Part shown: piece by piece, positions 1 to 12,000 of the stretch | Layout: every line of letters starts with the position of its first letter | Position numbering within the stretch: position 1 is the stretch's first letter | DNA from: the human T2T-CHM13v2.0 reference genome, Homo sapiens | NCBI RefSeq assembly: GCF_009914755.1 | Contig: NC_060947.1 | Reading direction: 5' to 3' (one strand) | Length of the DNA: 64,000 bases | Notes under the pieces: model-generated | The model's input: only the letters and a program-made list of their open reading frames with translations | Told to the model about the DNA's origin: nothing | The model's database searches: none | Position numbers and translations under genes: made by a program

Positions 1-1946
1 CAACCCCAACCCACACAAGCTTCCCAGCCTCTGGTATCTATCATTCTATACTCTACCTCCACAAGATAAACTTCTTTAGCTCCCACATATAAATGAGAAT
101 ATATAATATTTGTCTTTCTATGCCTGGCTTATTTCACTTAACATAAGGACCTTCAGTTTCATCCATGTTGCTGCAAATGACATGATTTTATTCCTTTTCA
201 TGTCTGAATAATACTCCCTTGAGTATATATACCACACTTTCTTTATCCATTAATCCATTGATGAACATTTTGGTTAATTCAGTATCTTTGCTATTGTGAA
301 TAGTGTTGTAACAAACATGCAAGTGTGGGTATCCCTTTGATATACTGATTTATTTTACTTTGGATAAATATATAGTACTGAGATTACTGAATGGTATGGT
401 AGTTCTATTTTTAGTTTCAGTTTTTTTTAAATCTCCATAATCTCCATACTCTTTTCCATAGTGGCTATACTATTCTACATTTCAACCAACAGTGTGTAAG
501 AGTTCCCTTTTTTCTCTATACTTACCAGCATTTGATATTTTTTCTTACTTTAATAGTAGGCATTCTAATTGGAGTATAATGATGTTTCATTGTGACTTTT
601 ATTTGCACTTTCCTGGGAATGAGTGATGTTGAACATTTTTCTATATACCTGTTGATCATTTCTGTGTCTTCTTTGGCAAAATATATCCTTATGTCCTTTG
701 CCCACTTTTTCATAGGATTGTTTTTGTTTTTTTACTGTTGAGTTGTTTGAGTTTCTTGTATATAGTCCCTTGTTGAATGAATAGTTTGCACATACCCAAT
801 TCAAGGCATGGACTTTTCACTTTGTTGATTGTTTCCTTTGCTGTTCAGAAGCCTTTTAACTCTGACGTTTTTACTGACACATTCATCTATTTTTTGTTTT
901 TGTTGCCTGTGCTTTTGAGGTCTTAGCTATGAAATATTGGGGCCTAGACCAATGCCCTAAAGTGTTATTCTTATGTGTTCTTCTAGTAGTTGTGCAGTTT
1001 TAGGTCTTATGTTTAAGTCTTTAATTCATTTTGAGTTGATTTTTTTTATATGGTAAGAGATAGGGATCCAGTTTCATTCTGCATATGGGTGTCCAGTTTT
1101 CTCAGCACCATTTATTGAAGAGGGTACCCTATCCTCAATGTATGTTCTTGTTGTCTTTGTTGAAAATCAGTTGGCTTTAAATATGTGGCTTTATTGGATT
1201 CTTTTTTATGTTCTGTTCTGTTGGTTGACATGCCTGTTTCTATACCCAAACAATGCTGTTTGGGTTATATAGCCTTGTAATATATTTTTTAAGTCAGGTA
1301 GTATAATGCCTCTAGCTTTGTTGTTTTTTTAATCAGGACTGCTTTGGCTAGTCAGCCTCTTTTTTTCTATCCATATGGATTTCAGAAATTTTTTCTAATT
1401 ATGTGAAAGATAACATTGGCATTTTGATAAAAATTGTATTGAATCTGTCAATTGCTTTGGTCCATATGACCATTTTAATGATATTAATTTTTCTGATCTA
1501 TGAGCATGGGATGTCTTTCCATTTGTTTGTGTTGTCTTCAATTTCTTCCATCAGTGCTTTGTACTTTTTCTTGTAGTGTTTTTTATCTTATTTGTTGAAT
1601 TTATTTCTAGGTATTTCTTTTGTAGCTATTGTAAATTTGATTAACTTACTGATTTATTTCTCAACTTGTTCATTATTGGTGTATATAAATGCTATTGATT
1701 GCTGTATATTGATTTTGTATCCTGCAACTTTACTGAATTTATTTATCATATCTAAGAGTTTTTTGGCAGAGTCTTTAGTTTTTTCTTGTTATAAAATTAT
1801 GTCATCTGCAAAGAGGGACAATTTAACTTACTCTTTTGCAATTTTAATGCCTTTTATACTTTTTTCTTGCACGATTGCTCTGACTACGACATTTACTCTG
1901 CTGAATAGAAGTGGCAACAGTGGGCATCCTAGCCATGTTTCAGTTC
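1..1946 (-). mobile_element. LINE-1 fragment (L1MA-type), 3' UTR plus decayed ORF2
   Basis: ORF 522..713 (MKKWAKDI...KCSTSLI..VQIK.TM.HHYTPIRM) is L1 ORF2 C-terminal sequence; ORF 1592..1969 is the usual antisense reading of the RT region. Confidence 0.9.
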
Positions 1947-2150
1947 AGGCGAGCAATCACAGTACCTGATTTTAACTTTATATCTTTGAAAGAGATATTG
2001 AAGAGGGTCGAATAGAAAGTCCTGAATTGCTGAGGCCATTTATGTCCCATCCCCCAGCAGTGGTTGTGTGGCACTGAGAGTCTGTGCACTTTCGGAGAGA
2101 TAGCGCAGTGGCTGGGAGACTTTACATGTAACTCAGTGCTGCCCTGTCAT
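1947..2150 (+). mobile_element. L1M-type 5' UTR fragment, inverted relative to the adjacent ORF2
   Basis: GAGCAATCACAGTACCTGATTTTAACTT...GAACTCAGTGCTGCCCTGTCA-like text recalled from L1M 5' UTRs; 1947-2005 is a diverged reverse complement of 6558-6620. Confidence 0.65.
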
Positions 2151-3796
2151 GGCTGACTTCTGGATGGGTTATTTTTGTGGGTTTTTTTTTTGTTTTTCTT
2201 CTTGTTTTCTGATTGTTTACTTTTATTTTTACAATCTGGACATTCTTCTATAGGGTTGGTGCAGTTGGATAGGGTCTGCTTGAGACCCTAGTTACCTCAG
2301 ATTTTCCTGTACCTGGAAGTATCACCAGTGAAGGCTGCAAAACAGCAAAGATGGCATCCTGCCCCTTCCTCTGGAAGCTATGTCCTAGGGGGTTACTGAC
2401 CTATTGCCAGCCTGAAAGCACCTGTAGGAGGTGGCTGGAGACCCCAGTTAGGAGGTTTCACCCAGTCAAGAGGAATGGAATCAGGGATCTGATTAAAGAA
2501 GCAGACTGGCTGCTTTTTGATAAAGCAGCTGTGCTGTGTTGGGGATTCCTTCAGTCCCTGATTAGTATGGTCTCTCTAAGGCCCACAGGCTGGACTGGCT
2601 GAAATACCCAAACAGCCAAGGTGGTGTCCTGGCCCACCCTCTTAGTACTCCATCCCAGGGAGAAATTAGAATTCTGTCATAGAACACGGGCAGGGGTGAC
2701 CAGAGGCCCTGGCTGTGAGTACCCGCATCACAAGGAGGAGTGGATCAGGGTCTTGCTTATAGAAGCAGTCTAGCCATGCCTCAACCAAATATCCATGTCA
2801 TGCTTGGGAACCACCTCTACCCATGTCAGTTTAGACACTCCAAATCCCGCAGGCTGGAACAGCTGAATCATCCAGAAAACCAAGGTGGCAGTCTGCCTCT
2901 CTCTGGGCACTCTGTCCCAGGGAGAGTTCAGCACTCTACCTGTAGAATACAGGCAGGGTTGTGGGAGTGCCGAGGTGGGAGGTCCTCCCCAGTGAGTAGG
3001 AATGGATCAGGGTCCCACTTTAAGAAACAGTCTAGACATGATCTGGCAAAACAGCTGTGCTGTGCTGTGGGGAACCTTCCTCATCTGGACCATTTGGACT
3101 CTCCAAAGCCTGCAGACTGGAACAGCTGAATCAATCAAGCAGCATAGGTGGCTGCCTGCCCCACCTCCCAGGGGCTCTGTCCAGTCTCAGGCAGGCTCTA
3201 CCCTGTTGCCTGTGTCTGACTGGAATTCCAAGTCAGTGGGTCTTATCTTGTAGGATGCCATGGAAATGATGTCTGCTGACCAATGCTGCTTGGCTCCCTG
3301 AATTTAGCCCCTTTCCTAGGGGTGTGTACTGATTTCTCGCCTTGCCTGAGTTGCAGATAACTTTGTTGTGGATCCTGGGGCTGAAGTATGTAAAGCTCCC
3401 AGGTCTCTGTGTATGCCTGAGAAGCTGCTCTGCTGAGATTCCACATAGCTGTGTGTGTCGGACCCCAGGCCCTGTTGGCATGGGCTCGCTAAGGGATCTC
3501 TTGATCCATGGGTTGCAAAGATCCATGGGAGAAGTGTGGTCTCCCAGGGTTGCACAATTACTCACCACTTCCCTTGACTGGGGTTGGGGATTCCCTTGGC
3601 TCCGTGTCACTCCCTGGTGGGCCATCACCCTACCCTGCTTTTCTTCATTCTCTGGGGGTCAAGTTGATTTCCTGATCAGTCCCAATGCACATGAGAACCT
3701 AGATATTTCAGTTGAATGTGCTGTATTCACTGGCCCCTTTTCTTCCTCTCAGTGAAAGCCACAGACTGCAGCTGCTTCTAATTAGTCATCATCTTG
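2151..3796 (-). mobile_element. Older primate L1 5' UTR (about L1PA12-16/L1PREC2) with three degenerate ~265-bp units
   Basis: Ends in GCTGCTTCTAATTAGTCATCATCTTG, resembling an L1 5' terminus on the - strand; repeated AGGA.TGGA(A)TCAGGG...GAAGCAG.CT block near 2470, 2735 and 3000. Confidence 0.8.
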
Positions 3797-3974
3797 AAGA
3801 GGGATCAAATACAATTGTTGGAAAGTCAAGAGGAGCAGGACTAAATCTGAATAGCTCCCAAAGCCACACTGCCTCTGTTGTGATCAGGAAAGCTGCTTCT
3901 GCAAGAACCTTACAATTCAACAGCCTGCAGCATCAGACTTTCTGTCTGATTTCCATCTAAATTTATTGTGAGGC

Positions 3975-4116
3975 TCTACAAAAAATATAAAACTTAGCCA
4001 GGTGTGGTGGTGTATACCTGTAATCCCAGCTACTCAGAAGGCTGAGGTTAGAGGATTGCTTGAGTTCAGAGGTTGAGGCTGTAATAAGCCATGATCATGC
4101 CACTGCACTTCAGCCT
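3975..4116 (+). mobile_element. Alu fragment (AluJ-like; linker plus right arm, no tail)
   Basis: CTACAAAAAATATAAAACTTAGCCAGGTGTGGTGG...CCTGTAATCCCAGCTACTC...CCACTGCACTTCAGCCT. Confidence 0.9.
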
Positions 4117-4119
4117 TTA

Positions 4120-5789
4120 TTTGAGGCTCTGGCTCCTTTTCCTTCTTATATTCTGGGTGTCATGACTTTCACACTGAGCTCACCACCCTGTTCAATGAGT
4201 TTTACCTATGCACATCCTACTATCCCTGCACTCTGTCACTTGACCATTCCCAAGAAAGTTGTGTTGTGTGTTGGAGATCAGAAGGTCAGGCTTTTCAGTG
4301 CACACTTCTTCACCAGCAAATGTGTGGTCTTAAATATTGAAACGTTCCGATTTTTTTTTTTTTAATTCCTTGGCTGGGCCGCCTCCTCCTCATTTTAGTG
4401 CTGGTTGTCATATGCTTGGGGCTTCTTGGGCTCTGGAAAGAAGCTCAGTGGAAGGTAAGATCACTATGACTCCACTCCAAAGTTGCCTCGTGCAGTTGCT
4501 GCCATACTGCCTCACTGCCTCCAGCATCCAAGGAGAGTGCAGGCAGGTGGCACCCAGTCCTTTTCCTTCTCCTCCTTCCCCTAGTGGAGCAAAGAGAGCA
4601 AAGGAGCTGGAGCCATTCACCTTATTTCTTAATAACCATTTAAATATTGCCACCTTTCTGGAATGAGTCATTTGACTCTCACTTTTGCCTTTCCCCATTA
4701 TCATTTTAACTAACCTATTGTTTTTATCAACATCTGTGAGACCCATGAAGGGCGGATGAGACAGCAAATTTGATAAGCCTTCTCAAACTGTTGTTAGATT
4801 CTGCAGGATCAACATCACATGAGTGCCCCTTAACCGCGGCATTTACCATGAATGGGAAACCAGCATATTCAGTGGGTAAATATTCCTGTCTTTATGTAGC
4901 CAGTCCCACATGGCTTGCATCCAAAGCATATCAGCTGCCTGATCTAGGGTGTTCCACATGGCATTTATAGGTAGAGTTGGACAGTCCCAATTCTCAGGGT
5001 AAAGAGACCTTATGGTGGCTTTTATCCAGTCCACCAGGCTGGCTGTTTCCTCAGGAATAACCTCCTTTGTGTCTGGATCATATATACTCATCTGTGATTG
5101 TTTAATGGTGAGCTGTGGGTCCTACATCAACCCAAACACACTGTTCCACCCTGCAACATTTAAAACCAAAAATACTGCCCCTACATTAATCACTCTCGTA
5201 ATCCATTCTAACAAACGTCTCCCAGTAAGCTGACGATACTGATCTACAAAATGAAACAATTGCTTCACAATATATCATATGGTTTCAACAGTTACCTGGT
5301 TTTGCTGTTCCTTCACATTCACTACCTCCTTGGTAATCGCAGGTCTCAGAGATATTTCTGTTGTCCCTGCATAATTTTCTGCTTCGTAGGTGACTTTGAG
5401 GCTAGTGGCCTGAGCTCAGACAGACTGAAATATGAGCTTGGTCTAGCATGAAAGTCTGACCCAATATTCTCTTTTAACTTCATTTTATTTATTACAGATA
5501 ACAATAACCAAGGGATTGAATATTTCACTTTTCTCTTACTATTTTACATTTCCTTATGCATTTAGCAGATCAGTTCCTGGGGAGTTTGATCCATCTCTAA
5601 ATTCCACCGGTCAATTTTACCTTTTGAAACTGATGTCAACATAACTGTGGCTTCATACCATGGATGATCATGTGGACACCCAGGAATCAAAATTTTCTCA
5701 TTCTCCACCCTTTTTTCCTTTCTCTCTTCAAACCACATGTTTCTGTGAGTCAGGACAATCGGCAAATTCCAGTTTTGACACAAAATGCT
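4120..5789 (-). mobile_element. ERV-L class internal remnant (MER21-int-like) with a gag-like fragment
   Basis: Directly follows the MER21-like LTR on the - strand; degenerate tRNA-Leu PBS-like TTGTGTCAAAACTGGAATT at ~5766-5784; ORF 4843..5091 WNTLDQAADMLWMQAMWDWL resembles ERV-L gag W...EEGIQRLRE.GMLEWI. Confidence 0.6.
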
Positions 5790-6556
5790 TAGGGAAAACA
5801 CCCTTTAACCATCATTTGCCTCTACACTCACACAAAAACAATCATCAACATAGAAGACTTCTGTGATCAAATGTGTGTGGGGTTTTCCCCACACAGCAAG
5901 TAGTGAAAACAACCTGGGTGTTTTATAATTTAGTTCCATCACTATCTACACAGTAATAGTGTCAAATCTCACAAGTTGAGAGCTCAGTCCCCAAGACTGA
6001 CACTTCTACACAGTAGTCAAAAGTCTGGGCTTCCAGAAATTCTGACCAACTGGCTTTGAATTAGGATTTCCATGACCCCCTCTTTAGGTTCCTTTAATTT
6101 GTTGGGGTGCCCCACAGAACTCAGGGGAACACTTACTTTGCTGGTTTATTATAAAGAATATTTCAAAAGATACGGATGAAGAGATGCATTGGGTGAGGTA
6201 TGGGAGAAGGGGCATAGAACTTCCATTTCTTCTCTGGTTGTACTACCCTCCAGGAACCTGCCTGTTTTCAGCTACATGGAAGCTCCCTGAACCTTGTTCT
6301 CTTGAATTTTTATGGAAGCTTCATGACATCAGCATTTCTTCTTCTCCAGGGTATGGGGTGAGACCCTCTCATGGAAGGGTCTTAAGATTCATAATCAGAA
6401 AGTCAGAGAAACATTGGAGTTAAAGAAGGGCAGGAGAAGGGCAGAGGAGTGCCTCTGAAGTCTAACACATCCAATCTTATAACAAAAGACTAACAAGAGA
6501 TATGGGAGTAATGAGCCAGGAACCATGGATGAAAACAAATATATATTATAACACCA
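5790..6556 (-). mobile_element. MER21-family LTR
   Basis: GTGTGGGGTTTTCCCCACAC...GAGAGCTCAGTCCCCAAGACTG; the - strand start TGGTGTTATAATATATATTTGTTTTCATCC matches the recalled MER21 consensus. Confidence 0.8.
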
Positions 6557-6557
6557 T

Positions 6558-6728
6558 ACCCTCTTCAATGACCCTTTCAGCGATACAAACTTAAAAACAG
6601 GTACTGTGAGTGCTCATCTGACTTTTGGTTTTCTCAAAGGTGCTTCTTTTGTGTAGATAGTTGTTAAATTATGTGTTCCTGTTGGTGGGCATGAACAGTG
6701 GGGCCTTCTACCATCCTGCTCTGCCCCT
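6558..6728 (-). mobile_element. 5' terminus of an L1M-type element
   Basis: CAGGTACTGTGAGTGCTCATCTG...GCCTTCTACCATCCTGCTCTGCCCC resembles an L1M 5' end. Confidence 0.65.
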
Positions 6729-6729
6729 T

Positions 6730-9031
6730 TCAATTTCTTTAAATAATACTGCACATTTTATTGTACAAGTTTGTGTTTTTGTTAGTTTTATTCCTAAGGC
6801 TTCTATTGTTTTGATGTCATTTTAGTAACAGATTTATTGACATATAATTTACATAATTTACTCATTTAAAGTGTATAGTTTGTTTTTGAAATATTCACAA
6901 ATATATGCAACCATCATCATTGTTGCTTTTAAAATAGTTTTAACACTCCAAAAGATATTGCTCTCCTCATTATCAGTCAGTCTCTATTTTTCCCTCAATT
7001 CTTCTAGTCATAGCCAACCAACAATCTATTTCTCTTTTCTATAGGTTTGTTTACTTTAATGTTTTGTATTAATGGAACAATACAATATGTGCTTGTTTTT
7101 GATTGACTTTCACTTAAGATGTTTTCAGGGTTCATTTTTGTTTTAGTATATATCAATTCTTCATTTATTATATTACTAAATAACATCAGTTGTATGGATA
7201 TACTACGTTTTATGTATCCATTCTTTGATTGATGGTAATTTGCTGCTTTTAACTTTTTGGCTATTATGAAAAATACTGCTATGAGCATTGGTGTAGAATT
7301 TTTGCTTGAACATAGTCTATTATTCTTTTCGATTTATACCTAGGAGTGGAATTGCAGCATCATATGGTAATGCTATGTTTAACCTTTTTTGGAACAGCCA
7401 GACTGTTCTGCATACTGTAAATACCATTATCCTTTATCTTACCATCAGTGTACGAGTGGTCTGATAAATCTGTAACCTTGACACTACATGTTATTGTTCA
7501 TTTTTTATTATAATCATCCCAGTGAGTATTAAGTGATATTACATTTAGATTTTGATATTGATTTCCCTGATAACTAATAATTTCAAACATCATTTTTGTG
7601 CTTATTGGTAATTAGTGTATCTTCTTTACAGAAATATTTATGTAAATATTTTACTCATATTTTTATTAGCTATTTACATTTCATTGTTTAGTTGTAAGAG
7701 TTCTTTATGTGTTTTACTCACAAGTTCCTTATCAGATACATGTCTTGCAAATTATATGGTATACTGTGAATCTTTTATATGTTCTTGTGTTTGCCTTCGA
7801 AGCAAAACATTTTAAATTGTGATGAAGTTATATTTTTTCACCTTTTTCTTGTGCTTGGTTTTGTGTCTAAGAAATTATTACCTAACAAATATTCATGAAA
7901 ACTTATGTCTTGTATGAGTTTTAGGGTTTAAGGTCTATTTCTACTGCTCCTTTATGATATAGTATCATAAAAAATACATGTTTCATTGCGATATATTGGA
8001 TATTTTTCCTGCACCAGTTGAGATGATCATGTGTTTCTTTTATTTTTTTTCCTATTAATGTGGGCATTACACTGATTGATATTTGAGTGTGGAAACTGTT
8101 GTATTTCTGGTATAAATTCCACTTCATCATAGTGTGCAATCATTTTGTTATGCTGATGGATTTGTTTGCTTGTATGTTGAGAATTGTTTTATATTTATTG
8201 ATAAGAGATATTGCTCTGTAATTTTCTTCTGATATCTTTGTCTGGTTTTAGTATCAAGTTACATCTGTTCTTACAAGAATGAGTTTAAAAGTTTTCCATT
8301 ATTTCCTATATTTTCTGGTGGAATACAAAAAAGACATGTTAATTTTCTTTAAATAAGAAAATTCACTATGAAACTATCTAGTCTTGGGCTTTTCTTAGTT
8401 GAGAGGTTTTTGATTGCTAATTCAATTTCTGTACTTGTTAGGCCTATGTGAGTTCTCTATTTCTCCTTGATTTAGTTTTGGTTGTTTTTTTCTAGAAATT
8501 TGTTCATTTCATATAGATTATATAATTTGTTGAATTACTATTGCTCAAGATGTTCTCTTGAAATCAACCTACTTCTATAAAATTGAAAGCAATGCCTATG
8601 ATTTCACTTCTGATTTTATTAATTTAAGTCATCTATCTTTTCTCAGTCCAAAGTTCTTATAAAGATTTCTCAATTTTGTTGATCTTTTAATAGAACCAAT
8701 CTTGTTTTCACTGATTCTCTGTATTGCTGTTTTGATTTATTCTGTTTTATTTTTCTTCATTTTATTATTTATTATTTAATTCCTTATGCTTCTTTTGGTT
8801 TTAGTGTGCACTCCTTTTTCGAGTTTTAGAAGATGTAAAGTAAGGTTATAAATTTGAGAACTTTCTTTTTTATTTTGTTGCAGTTGCAGTAAACTGTATG
8901 GAACATAAAACATCTGATTTTTACAATTTTAAGTGTAAAACTTAGTGGTACTAATTACATTCTGTATATTGTACAATCTTTAACACCAAAATAGTCAAGA
9001 TTTTTCACATATTAAACAATAATTACACATT
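6730..9031 (-). mobile_element. Old L1M fragments (L1MB/MC-type 3' ends and ORF2 pieces)
   Basis: T-rich decayed L1; ORF 7004..7288 begins MLIAVFFIIAKK (ORF2 C-terminus [11 protein letters not shown]); 3'-end-like starts near 6820 and 8870. Confidence 0.8.
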
Positions 9032-12000
9032 CTTTTTCTTCTTTTCTTTTTTTTTTAAATTATACTTTAAGCTCTGGGATACATGTGCAGAATGTACGGG
9101 TTTGTTACATAGGTACACATGTGCCATGATGGTTTGCTGCACCCATCAACCCGTCATCTACATTAGGTATTTCTCCTAATGCTATCCCTCTCCTAGCCCA
9201 CCCCGCCCTTAACCTGACAGGCCCTGGTGTGTGATGTTCTTCTCTCTGTGTCCATGTGTTCTCATTGCTCAAATCCCACTAATGAGTGAGAACAGGAGGT
9301 GTTTGGTTTTCTGTTCCTGTGGTAGTTTGCTGAGAATGATGGTTTACAGCTTCATCCATGTCCCTGCAAAGGACATGAACTCATCCTTTTTTATGGCTGC
9401 ATAGTATTCCATGGTGTATATGTGCCACATTTTCTTTATTCAGTCTATCATTGATGAGCATTTGGGATGGTTCCAAGTCTTTGCTATTGTGAACAGTGCT
9501 GCAATAAACATACGTATGCATGTGTCTTTATAGGAGAATGATTTATAATCCTTTGGGTATATACCCAGTAATGGGATTGCTGGGTCAAATGGTATTTCTG
9601 GTTCTAGATACTTGAGATTTTGGCGATTGAGAAATCGTCAAACTGTCTTCCACAATGGTTGAGCTAATTTACACTCCCACTAACAGCATAAAAGCATTCT
9701 TACTTCTCCACATCCTCTCCAGCATCTGTTGTTTCCTGACTTTTTAATGATTGCCATTCTAACTGGCGTGAGATGGTATCTCATTGTGGTTTTGATTTCA
9801 TTTCTCTAATGACCAGTAATAATGAGCTTTTTTTCATGTTTATTGGCCATATAAATGTCTTATTTTGTGACGTGTCTGTTCATATCCTTCAGCCACTTTT
9901 TCATGGGTTTTTTTTTTTCTTGTAAATTTGTTTAAGTTCTTTGTAGATTCTGGATATTAGCCCTTTGTGAGATGGATAGATTGCAAAAATTTACTCCTGT
10001 TCTGTAGGCTGCCTGTTCACTCTGATGATAGTTTATTTTGCTGTGCAGAAGCTCTTTAGTTTAATTAGACCCAATTTATCAATTTTGGCTTTTGTTGCCA
10101 TTGCTTTTGGTGTTTTAATCATAACGTATTTGTCCATGCCTATGTCCTGAATTGTATTGTCTAAGTTTTCTTCTAGGGTTATTTTTTTATGGTTTTAGGT
10201 GTTATGTTTAAGTTTTTAATCCATCTTGAGTTAATTATTGTGTAAAGTGTAAGGAAGGGGTCCAGTTTCAGTTTTCTGCATATGGCTAACCAGTTTTCCC
10301 AACACCATTTATTAAATAGGGAATCCTTACCCCATTGCCTGTTTTTGTCAGGTTTGTCAAAGATCAGATGTTTGTAGATGTGTGACGTTATTTCTGAGGC
10401 CTCTGTTCTGTTCCATGGTTCTGTATATCTGTTTTGGTATCAGTACCATGCTGTATTGGTTACTGTAGCATTGTAGTATAGTTTGAAGTCAGGTAGCATG
10501 ATGCCTCCAGCTTTGTTCTTTTTGCTTAGGATTGTCTTAGCTATTCCGGCTCTTTTTTGGTTCCATATGAAATTTAAAGTAGTTTTTTAGAATTCTGTGA
10601 AGAAAGCCAATGGTAGCTTAATGGGAATAGCATTGAATCTATAAATTACGTTGGGCAGTATAACCATTTCCACGATATTGATTCTTCCTATCCATGAGCA
10701 TGGAATATTTTTCCATTTGTTTGTGTCCTCTCATTTCCTTGAGCAGCGGTTTGTAGTTCTCCTTGAAGAGGTCCTTCACATCCTTTGTAAGTTGTATTCT
10801 TAGGTATTTTATTCTCTTTGTAGCAATTGTGAAGGGGAATTTGCTCATTATTTGGCCCTCTGTTTGTCTATTTTTGATTTATAGGAATGCTTGTAGTTTT
10901 TGCACATTGATTTTGTATCCTGAGACTTTGCTGAAGTTGCTTATCCACTTAAGGAGATTTTGGTCAGAGACTATGAGGTTTTCTAAATAGACTCGTCATC
11001 TGCAAACAGAAAATTTGACTTCCTCTCTTTTAATTTATATACCCTATATTTCTTTCTCTTGCCTGATTGCCCTGCCCAGAACTTCCAATACTATGTTGAA
11101 TAGGAGTGGTGAGAGAGGGCATCCTTGTCTTGTGCCGGTTTTCAAAGGGAATGCTCCCAGCTTTTGCCCATTCAGTAAGATATTGGCTGTCAGTTTGTCA
11201 TAAATAGCTGTCATTAATTTGAAATATGTTTCATCAATACCTAGTTTATTAAAAGTTTTTAACTTGAAGGGGTGTTGAATTTTGTTGAAGAATTTTTTTT
11301 GCATCTATTGAGATAATCATGTGGTTTTTGTCATTGGTTCTGTTTATGTGATGAATTATGTTTATTGATTTGTGTATGTTGAACCAGCCTTGCATGCCAG
11401 GGATGAAGCTGGCTTGATCATGTTGGATAAGCTTTTTAATGTGCTGCTGGATTCGGTTTTCCAGTATTTTATTGAGTATTTTTGCCTCAATGTTCATCAG
11501 GGATTTTGGCCTGAAATTTTCTTTCTTTCTTTTTTTTTTTTTTTATGTTGTGTCTCTGCCAGGCTTTAGTATCAGGATGATATTGGCCTCATAAAATGAG
11601 TTAGGGAGGAGTCATTCTTTTTCTATTGTTTGTAATAGTTTCAGAAGGAATGGTGCCAGATCCTCTTTGTACCTCTGGTAATATTTAGCTGTGAATCTGT
11701 CTGGTCAAGGGCTTTTTTTTTGGTTGGTAGGCTATTAATACTGCCTCAATTTCAGAACTTGTAATTGATCTATTCAGGAATTGACTTCTTCTTGGTTTAG
11801 TCTTGAGAGGGTGTATGTGTCCGGGAATTTATCGATTTCTTCTACATTTTCTAGTTTATTTGCATATAGGTGTTTACAGTATTCTCTGATGGTAGTTTGT
11901 ATTTCTGTGGGATCAGTGGTGTTATCGTCTTTATCATTTTTTACTGTGTCTACTTGATTGTTCTCTCTTTTCTTCTTTATTACTCTGGCTAGCAGGCTAT

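Noticed and set aside
2420-3200. CRISPR-like or satellite array
   Set aside because: Units are long, degenerate and internal to an L1 5' UTR; no repeat-spacer structure anywhere in the window
1947-6620. Large inversion bounded by the inverted L1M 5' UTR copies at 1947-2005 and 6558-6620
   Set aside because: The copies overlap the same consensus positions and are clearly diverged, so independent insertions explain them
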